DNA of 64,000 nucleotides from Acidobacteriota bacterium (GTDB lineage: Bacteria; Acidobacteriota; UBA890; WLXD01): NCBI GenBank assembly GCA_965205505.1, contig CBDBHB010000009.1, positions 352,001 to 416,000 on the forward strand, in the 5' to 3' direction. The notes beneath the pieces are model-generated. The model was not told where the DNA came from, did no database searches, and was given only the letters and a program-made list of their open reading frames with translations. Of the stretch, positions 19,305 through 29,378 are shown one piece after another; the first letter of the stretch is position 1, and every line of letters starts with the position of its first letter. Position numbers and translations under genes: made by a program.

Positions 19305-20214
19305 AGCCGTTCATCAGATCGCCCAACGAGTCGGGCACGAACCGCTCGATCAGCGCGTAAAGCGTCGGGTCGCGCTGGCGCAGCTGCTCGCGCGTGCCGG
19401 AGCGCGGCCCGCTGTCGCCGATCTGCACATCGACCCAGGGTCCTGGCAGCGACTCGTCGAGATCGAACCAGGCGTTGACGTTGTGGGTCAGGTACTCGTC
19501 GTCGCCGAATGCATCGGCCGGGGTGACGTTCTCTGGCTCGCCCACAGGCGCCGCGAACTCTCCCCGTGCCACCGCCGCCCGGTAGGCGACAAAGATCTCG
19601 TCCTCCACCCCCGGGTCGGTGGCCGCCCAACCGAGGTTTTGCATCGCATGAACGAACTCGTGCAGCAGGAAGTTGGCACGATACTCGTTGTTCCCCGGAT
19701 AGCAGATGCCACGCTCCGACACCAAGCTGGCGGGGTCGCCGGGCATCTGTCCGAGCCCCCACTCACCGTCGGCACCGGCGTCGAACTCCGGCAAATCAGA
19801 GGCGGTCTCGGAGATCGCCATGATCGAGATGCGCGGCGCCTGCTGCAACATCGCCTGGTGCACATCGGGCCGCTTGCTCAGCAGGTGCAGGATATTCCGT
19901 CGCGCCGCCACCAGCGCCGCGTCGGGAACCGCGTCGGAGCTGACGATCTCCACTCCCTCGGCGTCGAGATACTTGCGATAGAAGGGGGGAACGCCTTCAG
20001 GCGGCTCGGTCACCGTCTCGCCGTCAATCGATGCACCCGCGACGGGTGGCATTGCGGCCGCGTCCCTGCCCAGTGCGTCGTTGCCCGTCGCGTCGCTGCC
20101 CGGTGAGCCGGCGGCCCCCGCCGAGTCACCGCCCTCCGGGGTGCCGCACCCGACGACCCATACAGCTGCCCACAAGATCAGGAACAAGCTTGAACGCCAC
20201 TGCCGGTTGCCCAT
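19291..20214 (-). CDS. HExxH zinc-metalloprotease-like lipoprotein
   Basis: Lipobox VVGC; LLHEFVH...DEYL; TGATG overlap with the upstream M24 gene. Confidence 0.7.
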   Translation of the reverse strand: MGNRQWRSSLFLILWAAVWVVGCGTPEGGDSAGAAGSPGSDATGNDALGRDAAAMPPVAGASIDGETVTEPPEGVPPFYRKYLDAEGVEIVSSDAVPDAALVAARRNILHLLSKRPDVHQAMLQQAPRISIMAISETASDLPEFDAGADGEWGLGQMPGDPASLVSERGICYPGNNEYRANFLLHEFVHAMQNLGWAATDPGVEDEIFVAYRAAVARGEFAAPVGEPENVTPADAFGDDEYLTHNVNAWFDLDESLPGPWVDVQIGDSGPRSGTREQLRQRDPTLYALIERFVPDSLGDLMNGCVGS

Positions 20215-21578
20215 CAGCGCACGATCAAGATGCGTGGGTTGGGCGGATACAGCCACTCGACGCCATTCTCCGTGACGATGGCATTGTCCTCGAAGTTGAT
20301 CGCCAGCCGGGTACCGTTCGGGATCGCCGTGTGGACGACGAACTCGAGCGAGAAAATATTGTTCGGCTGGATCACCACATGCGCTCGATCCGGTCGGAAC
20401 GGCGCGAACGACGGTCCTACTGCGACCTCGCTGTTGCCCGTGTTGCCCACCGTGTGGCAGTCGATCGAGATGCCGGAACGTGGATCGTTCTCCAGTGCTG
20501 CGATGATAGCGCGATCCTCCTGGCCAACATCGGTAAACGGCGTATAGACGTAGTCGAGGTCTTCGAAAACCTGCGCCAGGTGGGCGAGCGTCTCGCTGGC
20601 AGTGCGGCCGACCTTGATGTTGTCCTTGATCACCTGGCGGGCGAAGTGGCCACGATCCCAAGCGTGCTGGATGAAGTCGGGCACCTCGGTCTCGCCCTCC
20701 GGCATGATGTAGGCGTGGCGCTTGAAGTCGGTGCCGAAGTTCAGGTATCGGACGCCCATGTCGTAGGAGAGGAAATCACCGCGCCGGATGACGTCGCTGC
20801 GACCGCCCCCAGCGTCGGCAGCGGCCGAGTACAGGATTCCGGGGGAGCTGATGCCGAACGACGAGCGCAGCCCCATCTCCAGCAGGCGCTCCTGCACCCA
20901 CCAGGCGACGTCCTCGCGGGTGGTGACACCCGGCGTGATCACCTCGTTGCTCAGTGCCCTCTCGTTCAGGCGGCGGGTGATCTCGCCGGCGGTCGAGAAG
21001 GCGGCGATCTCACGTTCGACCCGACGTACCCGGAAGTCGGTAATCAGCTGGTCGGACGACACCAGGCGCTCGGCGTAGGGTCCGAGCTCCTCGGTGATGC
21101 GCTCGTAGTCGGTGTGTGACAGGCCGTCGGCAACCCCCAGCCAAGAGGACATGTTGATGGCGATGCGCTGCGGGTCGCGCTCATCGACCATCTGTCGCAG
21201 GTCGCCCGGCGAACCGAAGATATCGTAGGTCTCCCGCATGCCGGGCCCTCTGCCGAAGCCGCCGAGCACGGCGCGCTCGATGCGATCACCGCCGCGATCG
21301 CTGAACACAAACGTGCCGAACTCGGCGCCCAGATCGAGCTCCAGCGGGTCGGGGTTGCCCAGGCGAATCACATGGATCCACATGTCGACGTTGTTGTCGC
21401 GCATGGCGCCGGGCAGGATCAGGTCAAACTTGTCTTGCCGGATCAGGTGCAACGTCTCGAAGCGTGCGCGGGCGTCGAGCATGCGCACGTCGTCCTGAGC
21501 GGCCCCGGCCGACAGCGCTGCCGGCAGGGTTGATGCCAAGAGCAACGGGATGAGTGCCAGCCGCATCGTTCGTCGCAT
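20214..21578 (-). CDS. M24-family peptidase, secreted
   Basis: AAGGAGG RBS; YDMG..TDFKR, HTVGN, LE and FEDN motifs. Confidence 0.85.
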   Translation of the reverse strand: MRRTMRLALIPLLLASTLPAALSAGAAQDDVRMLDARARFETLHLIRQDKFDLILPGAMRDNNVDMWIHVIRLGNPDPLELDLGAEFGTFVFSDRGGDRIERAVLGGFGRGPGMRETYDIFGSPGDLRQMVDERDPQRIAINMSSWLGVADGLSHTDYERITEELGPYAERLVSSDQLITDFRVRRVEREIAAFSTAGEITRRLNERALSNEVITPGVTTREDVAWWVQERLLEMGLRSSFGISSPGILYSAAADAGGGRSDVIRRGDFLSYDMGVRYLNFGTDFKRHAYIMPEGETEVPDFIQHAWDRGHFARQVIKDNIKVGRTASETLAHLAQVFEDLDYVYTPFTDVGQEDRAIIAALENDPRSGISIDCHTVGNTGNSEVAVGPSFAPFRPDRAHVVIQPNNIFSLEFVVHTAIPNGTRLAINFEDNAIVTENGVEWLYPPNPRILIVR

Positions 21579-21615
21579 CGCCGGACCGCGCCTCCTTCAG
21601 TGGTTCAGGTGGGAG

Positions 21616-21632
21616 TTGGATACAATATACGA
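21616..21632. promoter_or_regulatory. Putative GntR/FadR-type operator
   Basis: TTGGATACAATATACGA, an AT-rich patch between the divergent M24 and ABC genes. Confidence 0.5.
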
Positions 21633-21813
21633 ACTGCATTCGTGTTCCGGAGTAACCGGGCGCCCGTGGGGCGTGGGCTCGAGCCGACACGACTCGAGGT
21701 CGCACACATGGGAGGCGCTTGTTCGCATCATCTGCTCGAGTCGCATTTGCCTGAGCCGCATTTGTCCCGGCCAGCGGTGTAGTCGCAAGGCGCTAGCCGC
21801 ATCGCCGCGCCAG

Positions 21814-23442
21814 GTGTTGCTGAGCCTCGCGTCGTTTATCGCCGCGGCGCGCTTCGCTGTGGTCAACCTCGTCGCGGCCCGGTTTGCCGCGGCCAACGTC
21901 GTCGCTGGCCTCCTTGTCGCGGGTTTCCTCGTCCTGCCGCTCGCCTGCGCACCGGCCGGCGAGCGCACCCACCTGGTGCTGCTCACCGAGGGCATTCCGC
22001 CGACGCTCGATCCGGTGGCGGCGCTCGACAGCCGCGTCGATAACCCGATCATCAACCTCTACAGCGCGCTGGTGCAGTACACACCGGGCACCACCGAGCT
22101 ACATCCTGCCCTGGCCGAGTCGTACAAGGTGTCGGAGGACGGCCGCCGCTACGTGTTCACGCTGCGCGACGACGCCCGTTTTCACGACGGCACACCCGTC
22201 CTTGCCGAGGATGTCGAATACACCATCGAGCGCATGCTGGCGCTGAAGATCGGAGTCTGGGCCTACCTGACGCCGGTGATAGGTGCCGAGGTGATCGATC
22301 CAAGGCGCGTCGCCGTCGACCTGCAGGCGCCGTTCCCCGGCTTCTTGGGCGCTATGACCCGCCTTTATATCGCCAACGGCGATTTGATACGCGCCAACGA
22401 GTTCGAGGGCGACTTCGGCCAGCGCTGGCTGCAGACCCACGACGCCGGCGCCGGGCCCTACCGGTTGGTGTCGTTCCAGCCGGAGCAGCAGTTCACCGTC
22501 GAGCGTTTTCCCGAGTACCACGGTGGCTGGGGCGAGCGGCACATCGAGAGCGCCGTGTTCCGCGTTATCCGCGAGGAGGTAGCGCGGCGCATCGCGCTGG
22601 TCAATGGCGATGCCGACTGGATCTACCTGTCGAGCGCCGACACCCTCGAGGCGCTCGCCGATGAGCCCGGCATCGTGGTGAATCGCGATCCGACGCTCAA
22701 TCAGGCCTACATCGCCTTCAACACCCAGAGCGAGCACCTGGCCGATGCGCGCGTGCGCCGGGCGCTGGCGCTCAGCTATGACTACCAGGGACATTTCGAG
22801 CACCTCATGCGCGGCAATGCCGAATGGCCGTACGGAGTGCTGCCGGCTCGCGGTGAGTGCGCCAGCCCCGAGTCACCACGCCCGCGCACCGACCTCGAAG
22901 CGGCGAGGCGCCTGATCGCCGAGGCCGGCATCGAGCCGGGCCGGATCGAGCTCACCATGGCATTCGAGGGCACTACCGGTGAGACGCCGATCTTCGAGAT
23001 CCTGCGCTCCGGGGCTGCGAAGCTCGGCATCCGCGTGAACGCGGTCGACATCGAGTGGGACGCCAAGGTCGCCAACTACTCCCGGCTGGAGACCTCCACC
23101 GACATCGGCACGATCTGGCTATTCGCTCCGGGCCCCGAGGCGCATCACTTTCTCTACTCGCTGGCGCATTCCGGGCAGGCCGGCAACGGCGGCAACAACT
23201 TCGCCTGGTATCAGAATCCCGAGATGGACGCGCTGCTCGATGCGGCTGCCGAGGAGCTCGACGCGGAACGTCGATGCGCCCTCTATCGGCAGGTCGAGAC
23301 GCTGTGGCTCGCCGACATGCCTTTCGCCGTCAGCGTCACGATGGTCGGAATGTCGGCCCAGCGCGACGACCTGTATGGCTACTCCGTCAGCCTCGGACAC
23401 CCGTTGACCCAGAACCTCTACCCGATGTGGCAGGCCAGATGA
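21814..23442 (+). CDS. ABC transporter substrate-binding protein, family 5 (DppA/OppA-like)
   Basis: FTLRDDARFHDG and GAGPY motifs, lipobox PLAC; start uncertain (GTG 21814 chosen). Confidence 0.88.
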   Translation: MLLSLASFIAAARFAVVNLVAARFAAANVVAGLLVAGFLVLPLACAPAGERTHLVLLTEGIPPTLDPVAALDSRVDNPIINLYSALVQYTPGTTELHPALAESYKVSEDGRRYVFTLRDDARFHDGTPVLAEDVEYTIERMLALKIGVWAYLTPVIGAEVIDPRRVAVDLQAPFPGFLGAMTRLYIANGDLIRANEFEGDFGQRWLQTHDAGAGPYRLVSFQPEQQFTVERFPEYHGGWGERHIESAVFRVIREEVARRIALVNGDADWIYLSSADTLEALADEPGIVVNRDPTLNQAYIAFNTQSEHLADARVRRALALSYDYQGHFEHLMRGNAEWPYGVLPARGECASPESPRPRTDLEAARRLIAEAGIEPGRIELTMAFEGTTGETPIFEILRSGAAKLGIRVNAVDIEWDAKVANYSRLETSTDIGTIWLFAPGPEAHHFLYSLAHSGQAGNGGNNFAWYQNPEMDALLDAAAEELDAERRCALYRQVETLWLADMPFAVSVTMVGMSAQRDDLYGYSVSLGHPLTQNLYPMWQAR

Positions 23443-23493
23443 GGTCCCGCCGATGACACGCTGTCGTGAAGCGATGCCGATGAGACGCCGCCG

Positions 23494-24501
23494 ATGAGAC
23501 GGTACGTGGCCCGGCGCGTGCTACAGATGGTTCCGGTGCTCATCGGCGTTAGCCTAGTGGCCTTCTTCCTCACCAACCTGCTGCCCGGCGACCCGGCGCG
23601 TGCGGCGGCGGGTCGGCTCGCCACCCCGGAGCAGCTCGATGGGGTGCGTGAGCGCCTCGGTCTGGATCGGCCGCTGCCGGTGCAGTACGCGCTCTACATG
23701 GGGCGTTTGCTGCACGGCGATCTCGGTACGTCGCTTACCTCCAAGCAGGACGTCGGGCGCGAGCTGCTGATCTTCTTTCCGGCGACGCTTGAGCTGTTGC
23801 TGGCGACGATGGTGATCACGATCGGGGTCGGAATCCCGCTCGGTGTGCGGGCGGCGACCGCACGAGGAAGCTGGCTCGATCGCGGCTTCCTGGGCTTCTC
23901 CTACGTCGGTGTCGGCATGCCGGTGTTCTTTCTTGCCTTGTTGCTGCAGCTTGTCTTTGCGGGTTGGCTGCGGGTGCTACCGATCGCCGGCCGCCTGGGG
24001 CTCGAGACGGTGTCGCCGCCGACTGTCACCGGGATGTACACGATCGACGCGATTCTCGCCGGTCAGTGGAGCACTTTCCTCGATGCGATCCGCCACCTGG
24101 TGCTGCCGGCGGTAACGCTGGCGATTGCCGGAGTCTCGGAAGTGGGACGGATCACGCGCAGCTCGATGCTCGCGGCGCTGAGCCAGGACTACGTGCGAAC
24201 GGCGCGCGCCAAGGGCCTGTCAGAGCGCACCGTGTGGCTGCGGCACGCGCTGCCGAACGCCGTGTTGCCAACGACCACGGTGATCGGCTTACAGGTGGCG
24301 TTCTTGCTCGGCGGCACCGTGCTGATCGAGAACCTGTTCTCCTGGGGTGGGCTCGGAACGTACGCCTGGACCGGGATCTTCCGCCTCGATATTCCGGTGA
24401 TCATGGGGATAACGCTCATCTCCACCACCGTTTACTTGTTCGTGAACCTCGGGGTCGATCTGGTGTACGCCAAGCTCGATCCACGGATCGACTATGAGTA
24501 G
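23494..24501 (+). CDS. dppB: Peptide ABC permease
   Basis: LPGDPA, DYVRTARAKGL and HALPNA (EAA loop). Confidence 0.9.
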   Translation: MRRYVARRVLQMVPVLIGVSLVAFFLTNLLPGDPARAAAGRLATPEQLDGVRERLGLDRPLPVQYALYMGRLLHGDLGTSLTSKQDVGRELLIFFPATLELLLATMVITIGVGIPLGVRAATARGSWLDRGFLGFSYVGVGMPVFFLALLLQLVFAGWLRVLPIAGRLGLETVSPPTVTGMYTIDAILAGQWSTFLDAIRHLVLPAVTLAIAGVSEVGRITRSSMLAALSQDYVRTARAKGLSERTVWLRHALPNAVLPTTTVIGLQVAFLLGGTVLIENLFSWGGLGTYAWTGIFRLDIPVIMGITLISTTVYLFVNLGVDLVYAKLDPRIDYE

Positions 24502-25426
24502 CGGGTCGATAATGTGGCGGATGATGCCGCCCGCAGCAACGCGGTTGCGAGCGATGCTGCCGCGCGATCGGCGCCTCATCGTTGGAGGCGCGATCGTGGC
24601 GCTGTTCCTGACGATGGCAGCGGTTCCGGGCCTGTTCACCGGCCAGGATCCGGCTGGATTGGAGCTCGAGCGGCGGCTGGCGCCCCCATCTGCGCAGCAC
24701 TGGCTGGGCACCGACGGGGTCGGCATCGACGTCTACTCGCGCATCGTCTACGGCGCCCGCACCACACTGGCCACCGTGCTGGTGGTGCTTGCGATCGCCA
24801 TCCTCGTGGGCGTGAGCGTGGGCTCGGTGGCTGGGTATATCGGCGGCTGGCTGGATGGCCTGTTGATGCGTACCACCGACGTGTTTCTCGCCTTCCCGCC
24901 GCTGATCCTGGCGCTGGCCACTAACGCCGTTCTCGGTAGAGGGCTGCGCCAGACGATGTTCGCGGTGGCATTTCTCTGGTGGCCTGCCTACGCGCGTCTC
25001 GTGCGTGGGCAGATTCTCTCGGTGCGCAAGCAGGAGTTCGTCGAATCGGCGCGCGTCATCGGCGCCAGCCGGTTCCGCATTGTCACCCGTCACGTGCTTC
25101 CCAACGTCATCGACCCGGTCATCGTACGCGCTTCCCTCGACGCCGGGTTCGTGGCGTTGACCGCGGCGTCGCTGAGCTATCTCGGGCTGGGCGCGCAACC
25201 GCCCACACCGGAGTGGGGACGCATGGTAGCCGAGGGTCAGAAGTTCCTACTCGACCAGTGGTGGATGGCGAGCTTCCCCGGGCTGGCGCTTTTCGCGTTG
25301 GTAATCGGATTCAACCTCATCGGCGAGGGCCTCGGCGACCGACTTCAGAGCGGGGCTGGGGCTGGGACTGGGGCACCGGCTAGGGGATTCAGCGGCGCCT
25401 CGACCGGCGCCACAAAGGAGACATGA
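24494..25426 (+). CDS. dppC: Peptide ABC permease
   Basis: HWLGTD, ESARVIGA and LSYLGLGAQPPTPEWG motifs. Confidence 0.9.
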   Translation: MSSGSIMWRMMPPAATRLRAMLPRDRRLIVGGAIVALFLTMAAVPGLFTGQDPAGLELERRLAPPSAQHWLGTDGVGIDVYSRIVYGARTTLATVLVVLAIAILVGVSVGSVAGYIGGWLDGLLMRTTDVFLAFPPLILALATNAVLGRGLRQTMFAVAFLWWPAYARLVRGQILSVRKQEFVESARVIGASRFRIVTRHVLPNVIDPVIVRASLDAGFVALTAASLSYLGLGAQPPTPEWGRMVAEGQKFLLDQWWMASFPGLALFALVIGFNLIGEGLGDRLQSGAGAGTGAPARGFSGASTGATKET

Positions 25427-26169
25427 TGGAGGTCATTCGCATCTGCGCCATTATCCCGGTCCGTAACGGCTTGCAGGCCTGGGGCGAAGTGCATCGTGAG
25501 CTGATGGCACCGCTGACGCACCCGGGCGTCGAGTTCGAGCTGCGGGACCTGCCGGATGCCCCGATCGAATCGATCGGCTGCACCTACGACGCCGAGTTGC
25601 TGGCCATGCTGCACATCAACGCGGCGCGGCTGGCGCAGGATGAGGGCTTCCACGCCGTCGCCATGGGCTGTCTGGACGAGCCCGGGGTGCAGGGTGCCAA
25701 GGAGGCCCTCGACATCCCGGTGATCGGCGAGTCCGAGGCAGCGATGCACTTCGCTTCGATGGTCGGCCGGCGGTTCTCATTCCTGATGCCGGGCGAGATC
25801 GACGGCAACCAGTGCGGCGCCTACGGGTCGCGCTGCATCGAGGACCTGGCGCGTATGTACGGCTTCGCCGACAAGCTCGCCTCGGTGCGCTCGGTGTTGG
25901 GTGGCTCCCTCGACTTCGCCGGCCGCGACGCGGGCCTACCCGAGAGCATGATCGAGCAGGGGAGGCTGGCGATGCAGGAAGACGGCGCCGACGCGGTGAT
26001 TGGCTACGGCAGCCTCGATGTCATCGGCCGGCTGCAGCGCGAGCTGCCGATCCCGGTCATTGATCCGATTCAGGCCTCGGCGATGATGGCGGAGAGTCTG
26101 GTGCGCCTGCGTATCGCGCAAAGCAAGCGCGCCTTCCCGACGCCGGACAGCCTGAGCGGCGAGAGCTAG
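25423..26169 (+). CDS. Hydantoin/allantoin racemase-fold protein (Asp/Glu racemase superfamily)
   Basis: GCLDEPG, IPVIG.SEAA, EDGADAVI and PVIDP motifs; the second catalytic Cys position reads GYG. Confidence 0.8.
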   Translation: MMEVIRICAIIPVRNGLQAWGEVHRELMAPLTHPGVEFELRDLPDAPIESIGCTYDAELLAMLHINAARLAQDEGFHAVAMGCLDEPGVQGAKEALDIPVIGESEAAMHFASMVGRRFSFLMPGEIDGNQCGAYGSRCIEDLARMYGFADKLASVRSVLGGSLDFAGRDAGLPESMIEQGRLAMQEDGADAVIGYGSLDVIGRLQRELPIPVIDPIQASAMMAESLVRLRIAQSKRAFPTPDSLSGES

Positions 26170-26265
26170 CGCGAATACCGAGCCACACGCGACAACTGAC
26201 ACCGACCATACTGAAAGAATCACGATGCGCCCGCGCGCGGGCCTATCAGCAGGGGAGTGAGACCG

Positions 26266-27267
26266 ATGAAGTCGAGAGAGTTCTGGGACGAGTTTGCCGA
26301 GGTCACCATCAAACGGCTGGTCGAGCCCGGTGCCGGCGATCCGCTGTTGGTGCTCGCCGACACCCGCAGCGAGCTCAACCTGGCGCACGCGCTGATGGCG
26401 GCCGGGGTACGCGCCGGCGCCGATACCCAGCTGATCGTCAAGCAGCTCGCCAAGCCCGACGAGGCTGCCTATCCGGGTCCGATTCTCTGTGAGGCTTTCA
26501 AGGCCGCGAAGTACATCGTGTCGATCATCGATGACGGCATCGATGCCTCGCAGGCGATGCTCGACGCCAAGGCCGGCGGCACCAGCATCCTCTACACGGA
26601 GGTCAGCAGCGTCGAGGACTACGTCGTCCGTGCCCTCTTGCACGTCGACATCGACAAGATGATCCGCATCGGCACCCGCGTCTGCGAGCTCTGGGAGGCC
26701 ACCGACATCTGCCGCGTGACCTCGCCGCAGGGCACCGATGTGAGCTTCCAGCTCAAGCCGCGCAAGGCCGATCTCGGCACCGGCAAGCTCGAGCGCCCCG
26801 GCATGGACGACTTCTTTCCGGGCATGCAGACCAACATCGCGCCGGTCGAGGAGAGCATAAACGGGGTCATCGTCGTCGATGCTTCCGACAGCGTTCAGGG
26901 CGTCGTGCACACCCCGTACAGCATGACCATGGAGAACGGCGTGATCGCCAAGGTCGAGGGCGGCTCCGAGGCCGACAACATGCGCGAGTGGCTGGCAGGC
27001 TGCAACGATCCGACCATCTACAAGCTCTGCCACTTCAGCCTCGGCCTCAATCCCCAGGCGGGCATCTCCGGACGCATGATCGAGGACGAGCGCAAGCTGG
27101 CGGCGGTCGACTTCGGCTTCGGTTACCAGAACCCCGACTTCGGTGGCACCGTTGGCCTGAGCGATTTCCACATGGACATCATGATGGCCACGCCGACCGT
27201 CATTCTCGACGGCAAGGAGATGAGTGGCGGCGGTGCCTTCAACCCCGAGATGGGCTTCGAGGACTAG
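26266..27267 (+). CDS. M29 aminopeptidase-fold / NicX-like metalloenzyme
   Basis: VTSPQGTDVSF, INGVIVVD, CHFSLGLNP and FHMD motifs. Confidence 0.75.
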   Translation: MKSREFWDEFAEVTIKRLVEPGAGDPLLVLADTRSELNLAHALMAAGVRAGADTQLIVKQLAKPDEAAYPGPILCEAFKAAKYIVSIIDDGIDASQAMLDAKAGGTSILYTEVSSVEDYVVRALLHVDIDKMIRIGTRVCELWEATDICRVTSPQGTDVSFQLKPRKADLGTGKLERPGMDDFFPGMQTNIAPVEESINGVIVVDASDSVQGVVHTPYSMTMENGVIAKVEGGSEADNMREWLAGCNDPTIYKLCHFSLGLNPQAGISGRMIEDERKLAAVDFGFGYQNPDFGGTVGLSDFHMDIMMATPTVILDGKEMSGGGAFNPEMGFED

Positions 27268-27449
27268 TGCTCCTGATATCATAAGTACGGTGACGTTTGT
27301 GGCGCGCGCGAGCGGGGCGAATTGTAGGAGCGGCGACGAGGGCGATGCTGGGTGTATCGTCGAGGCGCCGCGACGCCCAAGGTGGCCGGTCCCGCGGCCA
27401 CCCGGAGGGCAGGAGCAAACGTCACCGTACTTATGATCAGGAGCACTAG
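27264..27449. mobile_element. MITE-like element B (186 bp)
   Basis: Inverted repeats 27264-27299 and 27416-27449 are identical apart from a 2-bp indel; CTAG at both ends plus an extra CTAG. Confidence 0.85.
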
Positions 27450-27452
27450 CTA

Positions 27453-28325
27453 GTGGCGCAATCGTTGCTCGAGGTGCGCGAGCTGCGCGTAACGTTTGAT
27501 ACGGGCGCCGGCGTGGTACGCGCGGTCGACGGGATCTCGTTCAGTGTCGATGCCGGGGAGACCCTCGGCATCGTCGGCGAGTCCGGTTCGGGCAAGAGCG
27601 TCGCCGCAATGTCGCTCGTCGGCCTGGTGCCGGCACCGCCGGCGTGGGTGCAGGCGGAGCGGGTATCGCTGGGAGGCGTCGACCTGCTGGGGCTCGGCGC
27701 CGCGGGGCTCTCGAGCGTGCGCGGCAAGCGCGTCGGCTTCATATTCCAGGATCCGTTGTCGGCCCTCAACCCGTTGCTGACGATAGGGCGTCAGGTCGGC
27801 GAGGTCATCGAGCGTCACCTGGGCGGGGGTGGCGCGGAGACCCGACGCCAGGTGGTGCAATGGTTGGGGCGCGTCGGGATCCCGCAGCCGGAAGAGCTGG
27901 CCGGCGCCTACCCGCACCAACTGTCGGGCGGCATGCGGCAGCGAGTGATGATCGCGATGGCGCTGGCTGGCGAACCTGAGCTGCTGATTGCCGACGAGCC
28001 GACAACCGCTCTCGACGTGACCGTTCAGGCTCAGATCGTCGATCTCATGCGGGAGCTGCGCGACGATCTCGGCATGGCGTTGATCTGGATCAGCCACGAT
28101 CTGGCGGTGGTTGCGGGCCTCGCCGACCGGGTGGCGGTGATGCGGGCCGGGAAGATCGTCGAAACCGCCCCGGTTGACGATCTGTACGCCGCCCCGGAGC
28201 ACCCGTACACCTGCGAGCTCATGGCACTGGCGCGGCGCGACGCCGTGGGCGCGGATGGAATCGTTGGCGGCGTCCCCGGCGCCGGGGGTCTCGGCAGCGG
28301 CGTCGGGTCGGAGCCACCCGCGTGA
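27453..28325 (+). CDS. dppD: Peptide ABC ATP-binding protein
   Basis: [19 protein letters not shown] and HPYT motifs; lacks the Cys-rich C-terminal extension. Confidence 0.9.
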   Translation: MAQSLLEVRELRVTFDTGAGVVRAVDGISFSVDAGETLGIVGESGSGKSVAAMSLVGLVPAPPAWVQAERVSLGGVDLLGLGAAGLSSVRGKRVGFIFQDPLSALNPLLTIGRQVGEVIERHLGGGGAETRRQVVQWLGRVGIPQPEELAGAYPHQLSGGMRQRVMIAMALAGEPELLIADEPTTALDVTVQAQIVDLMRELRDDLGMALIWISHDLAVVAGLADRVAVMRAGKIVETAPVDDLYAAPEHPYTCELMALARRDAVGADGIVGGVPGAGGLGSGVGSEPPA

Positions 28326-28335
28326 GCGCCCGATC

Positions 28336-29340
28336 ATGAATGCCGCCGCGCCGCTGCTCGACATCTCCGACCTGCGGGTTCATTTTCCACGCCGGGCCGG
28401 TACCACCTGGCGGCAAGACCGCAGCGTGGTGCGTGCCGTCGACGGCGTTTCGCTGACGGTAGCTCGCGGCGAGACCTTGGCGCTGGTGGGCGAGAGCGGT
28501 TGCGGCAAGACCACGCTGGGGCGTGCCATCCTGCGACTCGTGCCGGCGACCTCGGGGAGCGTGCGCTTCGATGGTCAGGAACTAGGCAGCCTCAACAGAG
28601 CGCAGCTGACGAAGCTGCGCCCGCGCATGCAGTTGGTGTTCCAGGATGCCGGCGCGGCGCTCAACCCGCGATGGAGAATCGAGCGCCTGGTCGCCGAGCC
28701 GTTGGAGATCCACCGTCAGCTCGCCGGCGCCATGCTGCGCCGAAAGGTCGACGCGCTGCTCGAGACCGTCGGGCTCGACCCCGCGCTCGGTGTACGGCTG
28801 CCGCGCGAGCTCTCCGGCGGCCAACGACAGCGCGTCGGCATCGCGCGGGCGCTGGCGCTCGAACCCGAGGTGCTGGTGTGCGACGAGCCCACATCGGCGC
28901 TCGACTTGTCGATCCAGGCGCAGATCGTCGCTCTGTTGAAGGATCTGCAGCAGCGGCTCGGACTGTCCTACCTGCTGATCACCCACGATCTCGGCGTTGT
29001 ACGGCAGATCAGCGACCGTGTTGCCGTGATGTACCTCGGCAAGGTGGTCGAATGTGCGCCGCGCGATGAGTTGTTCAACAGCCCGCGTCATCCTTACACG
29101 CAGGCGCTGCTAGCCGCCGTTCCGATCGCCGATCCGGCGCGGGCACGGCAGGCGCGGGCAGCGGCCGTTGGCGGTGAAATGCCGAGCCCGTCTGACCCTC
29201 CGGCGGGCTGCAACTTCTGTACGCGATGCTCGGTCAAGAGCCAAGCCATGCTCGAGCGTGGCGTGGACTGCGACACGCTCGAGCCGCAGCTAATCGAACC
29301 GACCGCGGGCCACTCCGTGGCCTGCCACCTGCACACCTGA
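28336..29340 (+). CDS. dppF: Peptide ABC ATP-binding protein
   Basis: [19 protein letters not shown] and GC.F..RC...VACH motifs. Confidence 0.9.
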   Translation: MNAAAPLLDISDLRVHFPRRAGTTWRQDRSVVRAVDGVSLTVARGETLALVGESGCGKTTLGRAILRLVPATSGSVRFDGQELGSLNRAQLTKLRPRMQLVFQDAGAALNPRWRIERLVAEPLEIHRQLAGAMLRRKVDALLETVGLDPALGVRLPRELSGGQRQRVGIARALALEPEVLVCDEPTSALDLSIQAQIVALLKDLQQRLGLSYLLITHDLGVVRQISDRVAVMYLGKVVECAPRDELFNSPRHPYTQALLAAVPIADPARARQARAAAVGGEMPSPSDPPAGCNFCTRCSVKSQAMLERGVDCDTLEPQLIEPTAGHSVACHLHT

Positions 29341-29378
29341 GCCGGACCGCTTGCCCGGCCGAGTCACAGAGGCACCGA

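Noticed and set aside
19304-19450. Cobalamin riboswitch ahead of the BtuB-like receptor
   Set aside because: The upstream DNA is coding sequence of the HExxH gene and no B12 box was seen.
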